DNA from: Oligoflexales bacterium
Lineage (GTDB): Bacteria; Bdellovibrionota_B; Oligoflexia; Oligoflexales; CAIYRB01
Assembly (NCBI GenBank): GCA_041736175.1
Contig: JBGSUI010000054.1
Location: 1-21,809 of the forward strand
DNA: 21,809 nucleotides
Reading direction: 5' to 3'
This document shows positions 1-7,639 of this stretch, in pieces. The position numbers and the translations under genes were made by a program. The notes under the pieces are model-generated. The model searched no databases. It had not been told where the DNA came from and saw only the letters and a list, made by a program, of their open reading frames with translations. The first letter of the stretch is position 1, and each line of letters opens with the position of its first letter.

Positions 1-18
1 CCCCATAGATTTGTGCTC

Positions 19-34
19 GCGCGCTTAGTTCATT
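19..34. repeat. 16-bp inverted repeat, left copy (gcgcgcttagttcatt); probable IS terminal repeat
   Basis: Exact reverse complement of 21671..21686 (aatgaactaagcgcgc); the bases immediately flanking on both sides mismatch. Confidence 0.75.
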
Positions 35-38
35 GGGC

Positions 39-128
39 TCTTATCCAAACCGCCCACGGTTAAGGGGGTTTCGATCTTATTTTAAGAATCAACCAAAACT
101 GGTCTTTGCGTGGGCGCTTCGGATAAGA
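39..128. repeat. Long imperfect hairpin (~90 nt)
   Basis: 39..58 tcttatccaaaccgcccacg matches the reverse complement of 109..128 cgtgggcgcttcggataaga at 18/20; there is an inner stem gatctta-ttt-taagaatc. Confidence 0.7.
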
Positions 129-159
129 CTCTCTTCAGTTAGATAATTCAATTAAAGAA

Positions 160-1112
160 GTCAGGAACTACTCCACGGAGCCTGAGCCGCTGATCGCAAA
201 GATGCAACTGAGACATTTTGTTAAGCAGGCTATCAAGACCAGTGAATCCATTGAAGCAGCCATTGAGAAAGTTGCTCAAGGACTAGTCGATGGTAGCTGC
301 TCACATAGCAAGCGCTTTGAGACCCTAGATGACGCTATGAGCTATGCTATGAAGGCAGTAGTCAAGCACTACTCTATGGGGTCTAAGTTGCTGACCCCAG
401 AGATGAGGCAGAGCCAGTTTGTTATCCATGCTATCGAAGCCAGCGACTCCAATGAAGCAGCCATTGAGAAAGTTGCTCAAGGACTAGTCGATGGTAGCTG
501 CCCACACAGCAAGCGCTTTGAGGCCCTCGAAGACGCTAAGAGCTACGCTAAGAAGGCCGTAGTCAAGACTAGAGCAGAACTCAAAATGACGGCTGATCCG
601 CTGAACTCAATCACGAGACAGAGCCAATTTGTAATCCGAGCTATCATTACCAGTGAATCCATTCGAGCAGCTGTCGAGAAAGTTACTCAAGGATTAGTCG
701 ATGGTAGCTGCCCACACAGCAGGCGCTTTGAGACCCCTAAGGACGCTAAGAGATATGCTAGGGCAGTAGTCAAAAACTATGCAGTGGGGAATCAGGTGAT
801 GATCGCAATAATGAGACAGAACTTTGTTATCCAGGCTATCAAGACTAGTGAATCCAATGAAGCAGCTGTTGAGAAAGTTGCTCAAGGACTAATCTACGGT
901 AGCTGCCCACACAGCAAGCACTACGAGACCCTCGAGGAGTCTATGAGCTACGCTAAGTGTTTAGTCAAGAACTACTCCCCGAACTCTTAGCCGCTGAACT
1001 CAAAAATGAGACAGAGCGAGTTTGTTATCCAAGCGATCAAGACCAGCGAATCCACTGAAGCAGCTGTAGAGCAGGTTGCTCATGGAATAGTCGATGATAG
1101 CTGCCCAAACAG
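160..1112 (+). repeat. Coding tandem repeat array, ~200-nt unit: 4 full units, a preceding tail and a partial fifth unit
   Basis: The anchor gtca(a/g)-..-ac recurs at 160, 361, 562, 769 and 964 (periods 201, 201, 207, 195 nt, all multiples of 3). Similarity is lost near 1112. Confidence 0.92.
202..990 (+). CDS. Hypothetical tandem-repeat protein (4 x ~67 aa)
   Basis: Unit consensus RQSxFVIxAIKTSESxEAAxEKVAQGLVDGSCPHSKRFETLEDAxSYAKxVVKNY; indels between units preserve frame. Confidence 0.75.
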   Translation: MQLRHFVKQAIKTSESIEAAIEKVAQGLVDGSCSHSKRFETLDDAMSYAMKAVVKHYSMGSKLLTPEMRQSQFVIHAIEASDSNEAAIEKVAQGLVDGSCPHSKRFEALEDAKSYAKKAVVKTRAELKMTADPLNSITRQSQFVIRAIITSESIRAAVEKVTQGLVDGSCPHSRRFETPKDAKRYARAVVKNYAVGNQVMIAIMRQNFVIQAIKTSESNEAAVEKVAQGLIYGSCPHSKHYETLEESMSYAKCLVKNYSPNS

Positions 1113-1302
1113 GAGTCAAGTAAGGTGGAAAAAGCTTGGTTGCTCCCTCCCCTTACCCGACGGTATTTGTCGAGATGCCCCAGGATATCTAACCTCGAAC
1201 GTCGGTCGGAGGCATTGGCATACAGGATATCAACAACAGATGCCGGCACCTCAGCCCTGTCCATACCAGGATCGCGAAAGATATGGTGGTTGTTATCACT
1301 AA
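1006..1302 (+). pseudogene. Truncated fifth repeat unit running into unrelated sequence
   Basis: The first ~35 aa (MRQSEFVIQAIKTSES...VDDSCP) match the repeat. It is in the same frame as 202..990, separated only by TAG at 988..990; the remainder is not repeat-like. Confidence 0.55.
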
Positions 1303-1357
1303 TCCTAAACTGCCATCTCCGTGACCGCCTCGGGGGTTGAAGCGGCCCTTAGCCCTG

Positions 1358-2782
1358 TCAGGAAGCCTCCTCGAGATCGGTCATGGCAGAGTACGCGACA
1401 CGAGCCTCCTCTATATGCATGAGCAAGTCGGGCCGGTCTGACAATTTATTGTGAGCAATGTTTACCATGTAACCATAAAATTTGGATACCTTTTCCAAGG
1501 TAAGCCCTGTGTGACTCGTCGATACCATGACGGTGTTGTATTGGGTGTATACTTGGAGTTTAGGATCATCCATCGTGAGATGCTGGCCGGTGTACGTCAA
1601 ACAAGTGGACGACAGCTCATCTTCATTGTCGACTCTGTCTCGATAGGCATCGTAGCGGTGATCGCGGAAGTCAAATGGTTCGACAACTGATATAGCCACG
1701 ATCCTTTTATTGTTTGCGTGTAGAATCACGTCCCCTTCATTGAGGCGGAGCATCGGCGTCCAGCCACCATGACTTCCATTTGGTGCCACGAGAAAGTCAC
1801 ACCCGGTTTCCTGCGACAGGCCCTGATTGACTTGATAAATCTTGTAGTCATTGTCCGGCAATTCGGTGGCAGGTGACCGAGGTTGGATTGCGATCCGTCG
1901 GACAATTGATGAACGCGCCTGATCGTCGGAGGCAGTCGGCTGAGTCTCCTCCATGTTCTTGGTCGAAACAGTCACCTCTCCATCGGGTAGATTTGTTCCG
2001 GCCGTATAGCCAAAACCAAGTCCCGCCTCGTACAGGAATTGTTCGAAGGCCTTTAGTACTTCCGGTGCAGGTGCGAAGATCTCCTCAGCGAGGATCTTAA
2101 TGACCCAGGCTATAACCTCCGGCGCCTCACCAAGATCGTTCTGCCTTGGAGCTTTGCCATTGATGAGCATCTTGAAGCGCTTCTTCATCGGAGTAAGAAA
2201 GTAGTTAAACGGGGACAGATTGCGAAGAAAGCGCATCCGATAATATCGGGTAGGATCCTGCTTGCGCAGGTCACTCAAGGGATCTTGGTCAGACTGTGGG
2301 GAACACGCCAGGATGTGACTCAACTTCCAACCAGCCTTCCAGATGGACGGGTAGGCACGCATACTGGCGCCCAGCGTCGGCCATTCTGGTGAAAGATCGG
2401 TCTCGATTCGTTTGTAGCTATGGGAAGCTGGGACCTTACGCGCGCGCAAAGCAGCGTGGAGATCAGGGCCGATAGATTTCGATTGACTGGCAGACAACAA
2501 ATTTTGGTGGAGCCAGATCGGTGGCGAATTGTCGGTGAAGACAAGCTTCCTCTCGACGCTGCTCAGCGCCGTTTCTTTGCCACGAAAACTGGTATCGCCG
2601 GTGCTCCCTTGCTTGCGGACTAGATAAGGAAGGACCCCGTCATTGATAGCGACCTCGAGCTGCCGGTGTGCAACCAGAGTCAACTTCGGATTGATAACGA
2701 GCTCAGGCGTGAGTAGTTCGTCCCGTACCCACTTCGATAGAGCCAATGTTTTCGAAAAGTCGCGGGGCTGCCGAATGGTCAT
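1358..2782 (-). CDS. Hypothetical protein; candidate HNH-like nuclease region plus C-terminal EVE/PUA-like domain
   Basis: 474-aa ORF. IYQVNQG...FLVAP...MLRLNEGDVILH...IVAISVV resembles the EVE domain of VcaM4I-type enzymes; GWKLSHI...NLSPFNYFLTP resembles a beta-beta-alpha-Me motif (weaker). The CDS is solid, the function tentative. Confidence 0.6.
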   Translation of the reverse strand: MTIRQPRDFSKTLALSKWVRDELLTPELVINPKLTLVAHRQLEVAINDGVLPYLVRKQGSTGDTSFRGKETALSSVERKLVFTDNSPPIWLHQNLLSASQSKSIGPDLHAALRARKVPASHSYKRIETDLSPEWPTLGASMRAYPSIWKAGWKLSHILACSPQSDQDPLSDLRKQDPTRYYRMRFLRNLSPFNYFLTPMKKRFKMLINGKAPRQNDLGEAPEVIAWVIKILAEEIFAPAPEVLKAFEQFLYEAGLGFGYTAGTNLPDGEVTVSTKNMEETQPTASDDQARSSIVRRIAIQPRSPATELPDNDYKIYQVNQGLSQETGCDFLVAPNGSHGGWTPMLRLNEGDVILHANNKRIVAISVVEPFDFRDHRYDAYRDRVDNEDELSSTCLTYTGQHLTMDDPKLQVYTQYNTVMVSTSHTGLTLEKVSKFYGYMVNIAHNKLSDRPDLLMHIEEARVAYSAMTDLEEAS

Positions 2783-3073
2783 TTTTCTGATACTCCAAGG
2801 TTAGTGGGGGAAACTTGGCTGCATTCCTCCCGACGGTCCTAACATTTCGGCTTTACGGTATTGCCTCGTTAGCTATTTTCCAAATTAACCTACTATATCA
2901 TGGTGTTACTTGACTTTGGCGTGAAGATCTAAGTTACCGACTTGAAAATGATAACGATTTGCTTGCAAACAGACTTAAATTTTCAATGATCATAGATACT
3001 TCTGACATTATCACTGGTTCTATGCCCATTTTGTAACCTAAACCTCTTCTAAGTACATTGTCAGAACTGCCGA

Positions 3074-4252
3074 TTGCCCCTTTGTAGGATTCGGAACCGC
3101 TCAATAATGCCTGAGGAGTTTATGGGAGTCGGAGCAAAGAAATTTGATGGGCCGGGAGTCCCAGACCTTGGCACACTTAAGGACCCCTCCGACGAGGCTG
3201 ACGCGCTGGAGCAGGACAGCAAGAGCGGCCAGGCGCGGCTATTAGGATTTCTAGCGAAAGCGCTCAGTTCTCAAAGACCGATACCCATGAAGGAAGAAAT
3301 CAAAAAGTGGGGGTGGAGCGAACGCAGCTTTCGGCGGATTCGAAATGCTATCAATAAGGCTTGGAAAACCGAGACAGGCCGCATTCTAATCAAGACGGTC
3401 GATGCCGATGGGTTAGAGAAGAAAAGTGGTGGACAGCATATCGCAGTCGCTAAGGACACCACAGCAGCCTCCACTGTAAACCAAATGGCGACGTTACAAG
3501 CTTTCCAGTGCTTTCTCAATCCTATCCTTCAAGGAACTCTGCTTAATTCTTGGCTTGACGAGGCAAGGCGAGCTGGGGAGAAGGCACTCCATAAGGACGA
3601 ACGAGCCTGTTTAGCTCGTAGCAAGTTCAAATTCCACACTGTCCCTCATGGGGTTAGACTTGCAAAAACAAATAATACTGTGCTTGAACCAATCCTGAAT
3701 GCGCTACTTCAAGAACGTACATTGGAAATCAAATATGTGCGGCGGGGAGACACCTTGCTGACAACTATCCTGGTACAGCCTTTAACCCTTGTGCTCTTCG
3801 GAGGCGGATTATACCTGGCTTGCCAAGTTTTTAGACAGGGGGCCATGGGAAAATTTCGGAATTTCAAATTAGAATCGATCAAGTCGGCAAAGGTACTTTG
3901 GGAGAGTGGGTTCGTCTTTCCCAACGGCTACAATCCTGCGAAGCAGTGGAACGGAACTTTTGGATTCATAAAGTCTGACAAAGAAGAGCTTGTCACAATC
4001 GAAGTGAATATTGACTCGTGGCGCTTCAATTGGCTTAAGGAGCGCCAATGGTCTAAAGATGATAAATGGGAAACTAGGCCTCAGTCGAATGGCGCGCGCC
4101 TCACAATCATTGTTTCAAACCTTGACGAAGCTTTGTCGTGGGTTATGCAGATGGGGCCTGAAGCAAGGGTTATTTCACCACCAAAACTCGTCACCATGGT
4201 CCGTGAGTCGGCAACTAAGATGCTCGAAATTTATCGGAAAGCTGAACGGTAG
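3074..4252 (+). CDS. WYL-domain transcriptional regulator (wHTH-WYL-WCX; PafB/PafC/YafY-like)
   Basis: HTH WGWSERSFRRIRNAI; WYL ILNALLQERTLEIKY...VQPLTLV...GLYLAC...RNFKLESI; WCX LSWVMQMGPEARVISPPKL. The true start is probably ATG 3107 or ATG 3122 (after GAGGAG). Confidence 0.9.
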   Translation: MPLCRIRNRSIMPEEFMGVGAKKFDGPGVPDLGTLKDPSDEADALEQDSKSGQARLLGFLAKALSSQRPIPMKEEIKKWGWSERSFRRIRNAINKAWKTETGRILIKTVDADGLEKKSGGQHIAVAKDTTAASTVNQMATLQAFQCFLNPILQGTLLNSWLDEARRAGEKALHKDERACLARSKFKFHTVPHGVRLAKTNNTVLEPILNALLQERTLEIKYVRRGDTLLTTILVQPLTLVLFGGGLYLACQVFRQGAMGKFRNFKLESIKSAKVLWESGFVFPNGYNPAKQWNGTFGFIKSDKEELVTIEVNIDSWRFNWLKERQWSKDDKWETRPQSNGARLTIIVSNLDEALSWVMQMGPEARVISPPKLVTMVRESATKMLEIYRKAER

Positions 4253-4327
4253 AATCAATCAGCAGAATAAATGATGCCACCCCTTCGGCAGATCCCAAGA
4301 AGGTAGCATTTTAATCACATGCAAGCA

Positions 4328-4360
4328 AACGTACCTCTTCGCTCGACGAATAGGTACGTT
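4328..4360. terminator. Hairpin between convergent WYL gene and small ORF; possible terminator
   Basis: aacgtacct-c-ttcg-ctcga-cgaa-t-aggtacgtt: 9-bp and 4-bp stems with one mismatch; U-tract is weak. Confidence 0.5.
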
Positions 4361-4389
4361 GTGATAGTCAGGTGTATTTTATGTAATAA

Positions 4390-4533
4390 TTATGAACATT
4401 TGTGCCTTGCTTCATTATTGATACCTTGTTTTGGTACAGCAGGCTGAAAAACTCTTACTATAACAGATGTCCCATAGACAGTGGTTTGGTAAGTTCTGAT
4501 TGGATTCTTACGGTTAATACGTTGATTTTTCAT
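4390..4533 (-). CDS. Small basic protein, 47 aa (absent from the ORF track)
   Basis: AGGAGG (4540..4545, minus strand) lies 6 nt before ATG. Translation: MKNQRINRKNPIRTYQTTVYGTSVIVRVFQPAVPKQGINNEARHKCS*. A hairpin follows downstream. Confidence 0.55.
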   Translation of the reverse strand: MKNQRINRKNPIRTYQTTVYGTSVIVRVFQPAVPKQGINNEARHKCS

Positions 4534-4617
4534 AAAAAGCCTCCTTTTGCCTTGATTTTGGTAATCAAGAAGTTGTTGTGATGATAGATAAGAAGTACCT
4601 ACCCTAGGAGTCCTGAT

Positions 4618-4660
4618 GTGGTCACCCCATGACCGCTGGTTGCGGTCATGGGGTGACCAC
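4618..4660. promoter_or_regulatory. Perfect 19-bp inverted repeat whose arms are themselves quasi-palindromes
   Basis: gtggtcaccccatgaccgc-tggtt-gcggtcatggggtgaccac; each arm reads GYGGTCA-N5-TGACCRC. Confidence 0.65.
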
Positions 4661-4981
4661 TGCTAACCGCTATAGAGTGACTGGTTGTTTGGTTTTAGCC
4701 ACGCCAGGTGAGTCTAGTCACAGTCAACATTTTCCATGAGTGTGAATCTACAAATTCATATTTAAAGAATTTTTTTCAGGGAATTGAATTTTGTAGCTTG
4801 TTTAGATCTCTGGCCGCATTATCAAGTAAGGACTGTCCTTTGGGTATCCAAGGCTCTCAAGATTATCTTGAAGAAAGATTAAATCAATCAAATATTTATT
4901 CAAGTTAAATCGAATGTCCCCTACTGTCATAGTATAGGCGAAAAGACTTTTGGGCTATCTCAATTAAATGGAGGTATATTT

Positions 4982-6028
4982 ATGAATAATGTTACCAATA
5001 TCTCGAATACGATGCAAAATGTCGAGTCCTTTCAGACAACTAATCCCATCGAGCAGATCATACTGAAAGCATTCGCTCAAGATTTTAGCCAGTGGTTGTC
5101 CGTATTTGCTGGCTCTGGTTTCGGCTGTGAGCCTCGAGAAATAGCGCCACAAAGCATCGCGATCTTGAATCGCCCTAGTCGTAGGGGTCGCGGGATCTTC
5201 GTCGCTTGTGGAAATGGCCACATTGGTAGAATTATGATACCCGTTCACCAATTTTATTCCTTGCTATCTGCTCTTGCCGGCTATGCTGGAGAGGCGCAGA
5301 AACCTGATCACAACAAATTCTCTGATGTTGCAGAATCTATTGTTACCTTATTGGCCGAAAGAATCATCCTCATTTTTCGAGGTGTCGTGATGCGAGAACT
5401 GGCCCAGCGTCACATCAAACATTTAGCTCCCAGTATCAAAATGTATCTTCTAGGGATCACGGTAGTCAACACTGAGACCTTGCGGACTGCTGAAAAGCCA
5501 ATCATTGGACTACAAAACTATGAACTTAGGTTTATCACGCCAGGAGGAGTAGGGCGTCTTTCGCTGCTGATTCCACCCTTAGGATCGATCACGGAGAATG
5601 GAACGGAGGAGTTGTATACATCTAATCGCTATGATGCCGAGGTTCGAAAAGACATTTTCCAGGAGGAAAGCGCGATTGTTTTGCGTAAACGTCTGGTGCA
5701 TCTCTTATCAAGATTGGAACCTGAGGAATTTCAAAAACTAATAAGCGGAGAAGGAAGGTTTATAGCTGCGTCATGCCTCTCCGTTATGCCGATCAACCTG
5801 GCAACGCAATTCCTAGCCAAAATGGAGACGGATCAAACTACAGCACTCCTTGAAGCGATGTCGAAAGTCCGTAGAGTCCGGCACGCGTTCCTCTTGAGCC
5901 TCTGTCGTATACTCACCCAGTGGGCCACCCAGAGGCGCCGAGAGGCAAAAACAGCGAGGATAAATAGGGATATCAGGGCCATCCTAGCCGATCTCCGTAG
6001 AAGCAACCTCAAAGCAAGTGGACGTTAA
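4982..6028 (+). CDS. Divergent FliM-middle (CheC-like) / FliG-like fusion protein
   Basis: GGAGG RBS. FYSLLSALAGYAG...KFSDVAESIV and ELRFITPGGVGRLSLLIP resemble FliM; LLSRLEPEEFQKLISGEGRFIAASCLSVMPINLATQFLAKM resembles the FliG middle armadillo-like region. Confidence 0.55.
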   Translation: MNNVTNISNTMQNVESFQTTNPIEQIILKAFAQDFSQWLSVFAGSGFGCEPREIAPQSIAILNRPSRRGRGIFVACGNGHIGRIMIPVHQFYSLLSALAGYAGEAQKPDHNKFSDVAESIVTLLAERIILIFRGVVMRELAQRHIKHLAPSIKMYLLGITVVNTETLRTAEKPIIGLQNYELRFITPGGVGRLSLLIPPLGSITENGTEELYTSNRYDAEVRKDIFQEESAIVLRKRLVHLLSRLEPEEFQKLISGEGRFIAASCLSVMPINLATQFLAKMETDQTTALLEAMSKVRRVRHAFLLSLCRILTQWATQRRREAKTARINRDIRAILADLRRSNLKASGR

Positions 6029-6291
6029 GAAAAACGTCAAAGGAAACACGAAAGCATCTGGGTGAGTCTGCAAGTCGGATGATTACATGTAAAAGGGCTA
6101 CGTAGCTTATCGCCTAATGTATGAATTTTTATCACCTAACATTTTAATTATTGAAAACACCTGCCCAAAGTTAACTCCACCCGCATTGAGTGACCTCAGG
6201 TGTCGTTCCGCTGTCCGATAGCTATAATGAAGAGTGTCGGAAAGACTAGCGCATTTAATGGTTAAATGACTATTTTAACGGGAGTAATTCC

Positions 6292-7086
6292 ATGACCCAA
6301 AATACAAATGAGGGCGAAGATTTTGAAAACGATCCTGCATACAAAGAGGCAATTGAATCGAACCGAAAAATTGAGGAAGCTTTACAACCCGTAATCGAAC
6401 TCCTATTGCAAGAAAAATGGGAAGAATCACTGAATTTATTAGACAAATTATTTGAACAAAAACCTGACCTTCGCTGCCATAGGTCTCTCCAGATGCGCTA
6501 CCTCGCTCTATTTTGGCTAAGACGCTTTGAAGAGGGAGCAAAAGATGCTTTTGAGGCGGATGATCTAAACTATGATCCATTAGCATACCTCGATGGCATT
6601 ATACTGAAATTTCATGCAAAGCACTTTAGAAAGCCAAATGACTTTCTATTAGAACGAAACATCCGAATTTTAGCCAATGAATTATGCGATCCAGAGGTGT
6701 TTCTAGTAGGTGCACTAATATTCCTCGATAATGGTGAGTATCAAAAATTATGCGACTACCTCAATCAATATGAATCATATCAAAAATCTCAAAATATTGA
6801 TGATAATTCATATGTTTATTATGTTCTCCGAATCATTCAGAATCTCTTACTTGAGAAAAGCTTTACAATAGCTAGATCTACTTTTGAAGATTACAAACAA
6901 AAATGGGCAGATTCTGGCGTTGAAAAATTCATCGAAAGCTGGGATAAATACCTCAATGAACTCGAAGCCAATCCAGATAATGTTCTCCAAGGGCTATTGC
7001 GTTTAAAGGTCATAGGTCCACCACTTAGGGAGGGCGATATGGGAAGTTATATTTATGCTCTCATACCTAAGGTCTCAGGGGAATAA
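6292..7086 (+). CDS. Tetratricopeptide-like helical protein
   Basis: GGAG RBS; EKWEESLNLLDKLFEQKPD and RYLALFWLRRFEEG are TPR-like helix pairs. Confidence 0.6.
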   Translation: MTQNTNEGEDFENDPAYKEAIESNRKIEEALQPVIELLLQEKWEESLNLLDKLFEQKPDLRCHRSLQMRYLALFWLRRFEEGAKDAFEADDLNYDPLAYLDGIILKFHAKHFRKPNDFLLERNIRILANELCDPEVFLVGALIFLDNGEYQKLCDYLNQYESYQKSQNIDDNSYVYYVLRIIQNLLLEKSFTIARSTFEDYKQKWADSGVEKFIESWDKYLNELEANPDNVLQGLLRLKVIGPPLREGDMGSYIYALIPKVSGE

Positions 7087-7192
7087 ACTCTATGAATACA
7101 CCCCACCTTGACGATCTCTCAAATCCTAAATCCCGCATTTAGGTGTTGCTCAGATTGGACAAAGGCAAACTGAATAAAAAGGCTCTTATTTT

Positions 7193-7606
7193 ATGAACGA
7201 TGTGAATGACCAAAGCAATTTGATGGAAGCCTTTACCGAGGCTTCCTATTTCGTTAGGATTGCCAACAACTGGGTAAAGCTCAAAATCGGACAGCCCTGC
7301 CCCGAAGTCGCAAAAGCAGCTGAATTTAAGACTTGGGCGATTATTACGGCATATAACCCTGGCGGAACGCAAGTTTCCGATGATGATAATCGTAAGCAGC
7401 ACCAATTCCTCGACGAAGAGACCCAGTGTTTTGAGAGACGTTTAGAAGCCTACGGCACTGGAGAAGGATGGCCGAAGGAACACGGATTCTTTTTAGTGGG
7501 AATATCTAGGGACCAGGCTATCTCCATAGCCAAAAAATATGGGCAAGCTGCGTTTGTTTTTGGCACAGATGTACCAGAATTAATTTGGCCGCCACTTACC
7601 GCTTGA
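7193..7606 (+). CDS. DUF3293-domain protein
   Basis: WAIITAYNP...DDNRKQH...WPKEHGFFLVGISRDQAISIAKKYGQAAFVF signature. Confidence 0.85.
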   Translation: MNDVNDQSNLMEAFTEASYFVRIANNWVKLKIGQPCPEVAKAAEFKTWAIITAYNPGGTQVSDDDNRKQHQFLDEETQCFERRLEAYGTGEGWPKEHGFFLVGISRDQAISIAKKYGQAAFVFGTDVPELIWPPLTA

Positions 7607-7639
7607 CCAATACAATCGTGCTAGGCCAGCCCATCAGCT

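Noticed and set aside
35..130. Window is a circle opened by a single IS, with the ATPase continuing at position 35
   Set aside because: Sequence after the left repeat does not translate into an ATPase C-terminus, and no target duplication matches 21660..21670.
160..1112. CRISPR-like repeat/spacer array or DGR template
   Set aside because: Units are ~200 nt and frame-preserving, and the linkers are homologous to each other; no cas or reverse transcriptase gene is present.
1037..1340. Short ORFs 1037..1264 (-) and 1125..1340 (+)
   Set aside because: No recognisable motifs; they overlap the repeat junction and each other. A gene remnant cannot be excluded.
3000..3066. ttctgaca...tgtcagaa inverted repeat as a WYL operator
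   Set aside because: Only 8 bp with a 51-nt spacer; too weak to call.
4708..4908. 66-aa ORF upstream of the FliM/FliG-like gene
   Set aside because: GTG start without a clear RBS, in AT-rich promoter-like DNA, with no motifs.
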